From: Amphiscolops sp. MND2022 | Taxonomy: Eukaryota | DNA length: 64,000 bases | Assembly: GCA_964187785.1 (NCBI GenBank) | Contig: OZ076409.1 | Location: forward strand, 89,592,001 to 89,656,000 | Direction of reading: 5' to 3' | Shown here: positions 62,601 to 64,000 of the stretch, one piece after another | How positions within the stretch are numbered: position 1 is the stretch's first letter | How the letters are laid out: each line of letters begins with the position of its first letter | Notes under the pieces: generated by a model | The model's database searches: none | Told to the model about the DNA's origin: nothing | Seen by the model: only the letters and a program-made list of their open reading frames with translations | Position numbers and translations under genes: made by a program

Positions 62601-64000
62601 TGGTTGCTTTATATGTCTGAGTGATTCATTGCATGATTTAGACGCCACATAAATTGTGCTAGTAAATCGTTTTTTCTACCTACATAAATTCACTATCTCT
62701 TCAAGATCATTCCTCATCTTTTCATCGCATCCTACCTTTTGAATACTTTTTGGGTGGGTCACTGTTACCACCTTTTCACGTTTCAGATACCAGCTACACG
62801 GTGTTTGTGAAGACTTCCGATATTTTCATGGCTGGTACTAATGCAAAAGTTTCTCTGATCCTGTTCGGAGAGAACGGAGATTCTGGAACCCTGGAATTGA
62901 AAGAAAGCAAAACACACAGCGACAAGTTCAGTCAGAACAACGTGGATGAATTCCAGTTCGACCAACTACTCTCTTTAGGGAACCTGCTGAAAGTCCGCAT
63001 ATGGCACGACAATTCGGGTACCACAATTTTAACGTTTAAACCGCTTTGCTCCATAAACTGGCATTTTTCTTATGTTCATTTTCGTAATGATTTGACTAGT
63101 AAAAGAAATATTTTTAAAGATAATCTTAGAACATTTTTGAAATGTTATTTTTTCGTGGGTGGAAATCATAAATTGGGTCAAATCCTCGATTTTTATTGAA
63201 TAGTTTCTCAGCCAATCAGATTGGGAGGAGTCTCTATGACCTTACCTTATATGCAAAAAAATATATATTCGGAAATTTGGTGTCTGGCCTCCTAATTGGC
63301 TGTCCGTGCTGAAGAGAGAATTCATGACTCAACTAATGACCTTTTTGCCATATAAAAAATGAACGGAAATGAATTATGAAACTTTGCTGTTCTGTTGTAT
63401 CTTCTAACCACCAGTCAATGATGGTTTGCTATACCTCTGACGTATTCAAATTCTCGGCCTCGATGATTCTCGCGTCATGGTTTCAACCAATAGTTATTCG
63501 TTCACTCGCTAGTATAGAATCCATTACATGGGCTTAGACGTACTTCTGTCGGTGAATCCAAGTTCAGTTGAAATTTCGCAAGTAGTTAACGTTACGAATA
63601 GAGTGAAAAAATATCCGGCGAATCTGAAATGAAAAACTATTTTTACTTCCCTTTCGATAACTATATAGACATTATTATTATTATTAATGTTTCTTTGACA
63701 GTTGTTATCAGTTAGCAAAAGGAGTAGCAAGGTCAAAGAGGATCCGAAACAACACATTCAGTGTCAAAAATGTCGGATCCTTTAGGAAAAGAGTCAACTT
63801 GGAAAAACTTTTAATAGCCTACTGCTTGTGAAAAACGGTAAAGAAAAAAACTTTAATTCACAGATTAATAGAAAGAAAAATTCAAGGGTACTTCTTCGTT
63901 CGCTTGCTTCTACCACTTCTCGGGTTCCGCACTGGGGCTCGGTAACATCGCAATCTTCAGTATCGGATGGAGGGTCGTGGAGGGTCCAGTGACCAGCACC
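32652..64000 (+). CDS. LOXHD1: Multi-PLAT/LH2 domain protein, LOXHD1-like; about 35 exons, 3' end probably beyond the window
   Basis: Repeated PLAT exons (Y.v.v.TG...AGT.A.VF..l.G..G.s; r.gHDNsG...gWfl..v.v; F.C.rWL...edDG..vREL) at approx 33446-34180, 34537-34735, 36201-36555, 37058-37299, 37765-38689, 40271-40409, 41249-42500, 44711-44903, 45953-46283, 47376-47744, 48389-48683, 49555-49926, 50619-51091, 51766-52041, 53068-53518, 54902-55072, 57370-57575, 58777-58960, 60177-60337, 61546-61631, 62201-62327, 62787-63017; start ATG 32652 tentative. Confidence 0.88.
34995..35855 (-). CDS. PLAC8/cornifelin-family membrane protein, nested antisense in a LOXHD1-like intron
   Basis: Intact 286-aa ORF; TWRYGL..ND, hydrophobic helices, R..MRKTYHI....[20 protein letters not shown]; splice acceptor just upstream (~35887). 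Confidence 0.8.
   Translation of the reverse strand: MYPTQRQYIEREEKRRWREPQATVTHSAVSQDHHVEYMSSTSSDTYASSDEEVTVVHNRSVTFPVAKPRGYSHHSASYERNDEHDSSSKSSVNNHNAKISTINESKIHSDDQHNGSFHEEQYWRNSQHSVADASRTWRYGLMQFYNDIAYTSLVALLPFVAEFYLVKKYSNLKLALVALLLFFLPIIVAIIMLIIIYYCWLAPLDMVDVVIMLCIFVVILTVCILGRTAILAKTRKDMRKTYHIDDNGPNDVCTVFWCYPFSLCQMLQEEKHQKFSAKRSNIMYRY
37556..37700 (+). repeat. tRNA-derived SINE or tRNA pseudogene
   Basis: A box tggcccagttgg, B box ggttcgaaccc; acceptor stem does not pair. Confidence 0.55.
39155..39228 (-). repeat. tRNA-derived repeat
   Basis: Minus strand tggcacagtggtta...ggttcgaatc; no complete cloverleaf. Confidence 0.5.
39527..39837. mobile_element. MITE with ~27-bp TIR
   Basis: ttggatctctttcactatgtccccccc / gggggggatatagtgaaagagatccaa. 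Confidence 0.8.
40645..41071 (+). mobile_element. Helentron/DINE-1-like family 1 copy
   Basis: ttttagtcggcg ... cgctgactt gggccgttcccggc ttgtt. Confidence 0.8.
42578..43120 (+). mobile_element. Helentron/DINE-1-like family 2 copy
   Basis: 5' tatttctgcgatagca, 3' gcagaaata + hairpin gcccc-ggag-ggggc. Confidence 0.7.
44277..44662 (+). mobile_element. Helentron/DINE-1-like family 1 copy
   Basis: ttttagtcggcg ... gacttt agacgatcccgtc gtgtt. Confidence 0.75.
46534..46733. other. Assembly gap (200 N)
   Basis: Run of N. Confidence 1.
47447..47560 (+). repeat. 33-bp coding tandem repeat ([11 protein letters not shown]) in a LOXHD1-like exon
   Basis: cgccgagaatcagccattct(g/a)tcaacatctggc x3 plus a partial fourth unit. 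Confidence 0.95.
47795..48352. mobile_element. piggyBac-like MITE related to 60826-61394
   Basis: ttaaaccctaaatagcat / atgctaattaggtttaa; shared internal ctgttgttactacaagccccc and cagacctttcaaacgcgcta. Confidence 0.65.
50117..50585 (+). mobile_element. Helentron/DINE-1-like family 2 copy
   Basis: atttctgcgatagca ... gcagaaata ... gcccc-gca-ggggc ctatttt. Confidence 0.7.
52306..52886 (+). mobile_element. Helentron/DINE-1-like family 1 copy
   Basis: ttttagtcggcg..ccgactat ... cgccgacttt agacg-ttcc-cgtct tgtt. Confidence 0.8.
53790..54432 (+). mobile_element. Helentron/DINE-1-like family 1 copy with internal ~22-bp minisatellite
   Basis: Family termini; aacgttttcaaagttcggatgt-like unit x5 at ~53969-54078. 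Confidence 0.8.
55545..56040 (+). mobile_element. Helentron/DINE-1-like family 2 copy
   Basis: tatttctgcgatagca ... gcagaaat ... gcccc-gca-ggggc ctat. Confidence 0.7.
56041..56810 (+). mobile_element. Composite family 1 copies abutting the family 2 3' end
   Basis: ttttagtcggcg start, cgccgactt at ~56481, then a second partial copy. Confidence 0.7.
60826..61394. mobile_element. piggyBac-like MITE
   Basis: TTAA-ccctaattaacc ... ggtcaattaggg-TTAA. Confidence 0.8.

Overview
Eukaryotic (animal-type), AT-rich, TE-dense genomic DNA with spliceosomal introns; not prokaryotic, no CRISPR array. 1-25.7 kb is a stack of nested mobile elements: a decayed APE-type LINE, several MITEs, and a CRE-like RLE-type non-LTR retrotransposon. 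The latter is split by a complete 16.2-kb Ty3/Gypsy LTR retrotransposon (7421-23645, minus strand; ~1.76-kb LTRs, 5-bp TSD CTTGA). This element is unusual: gag starts inside the LTR and reads through the PBS, gag-pol uses an AAAAAAC -1 slip site, no polypurine tract is visible, and 6.4 kb between pol and the 3' LTR carries two extra divergent genes. One is an antisense, intron-containing BED-finger gene that looks derived from a hAT transposase. 25.9-64 kb holds host genes: fibrillarin (3 coding exons) and a >31-kb multi-PLAT-domain LOXHD1-like gene running off the window, with a PLAC8/cornifelin-like gene nested antisense in one intron. A pogo/Tigger relic lies between them, and two Helentron/DINE-1-like repeat families, piggyBac-like and other MITEs and tRNA-derived repeats fill the introns. 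All calls are by eye, without database searches.
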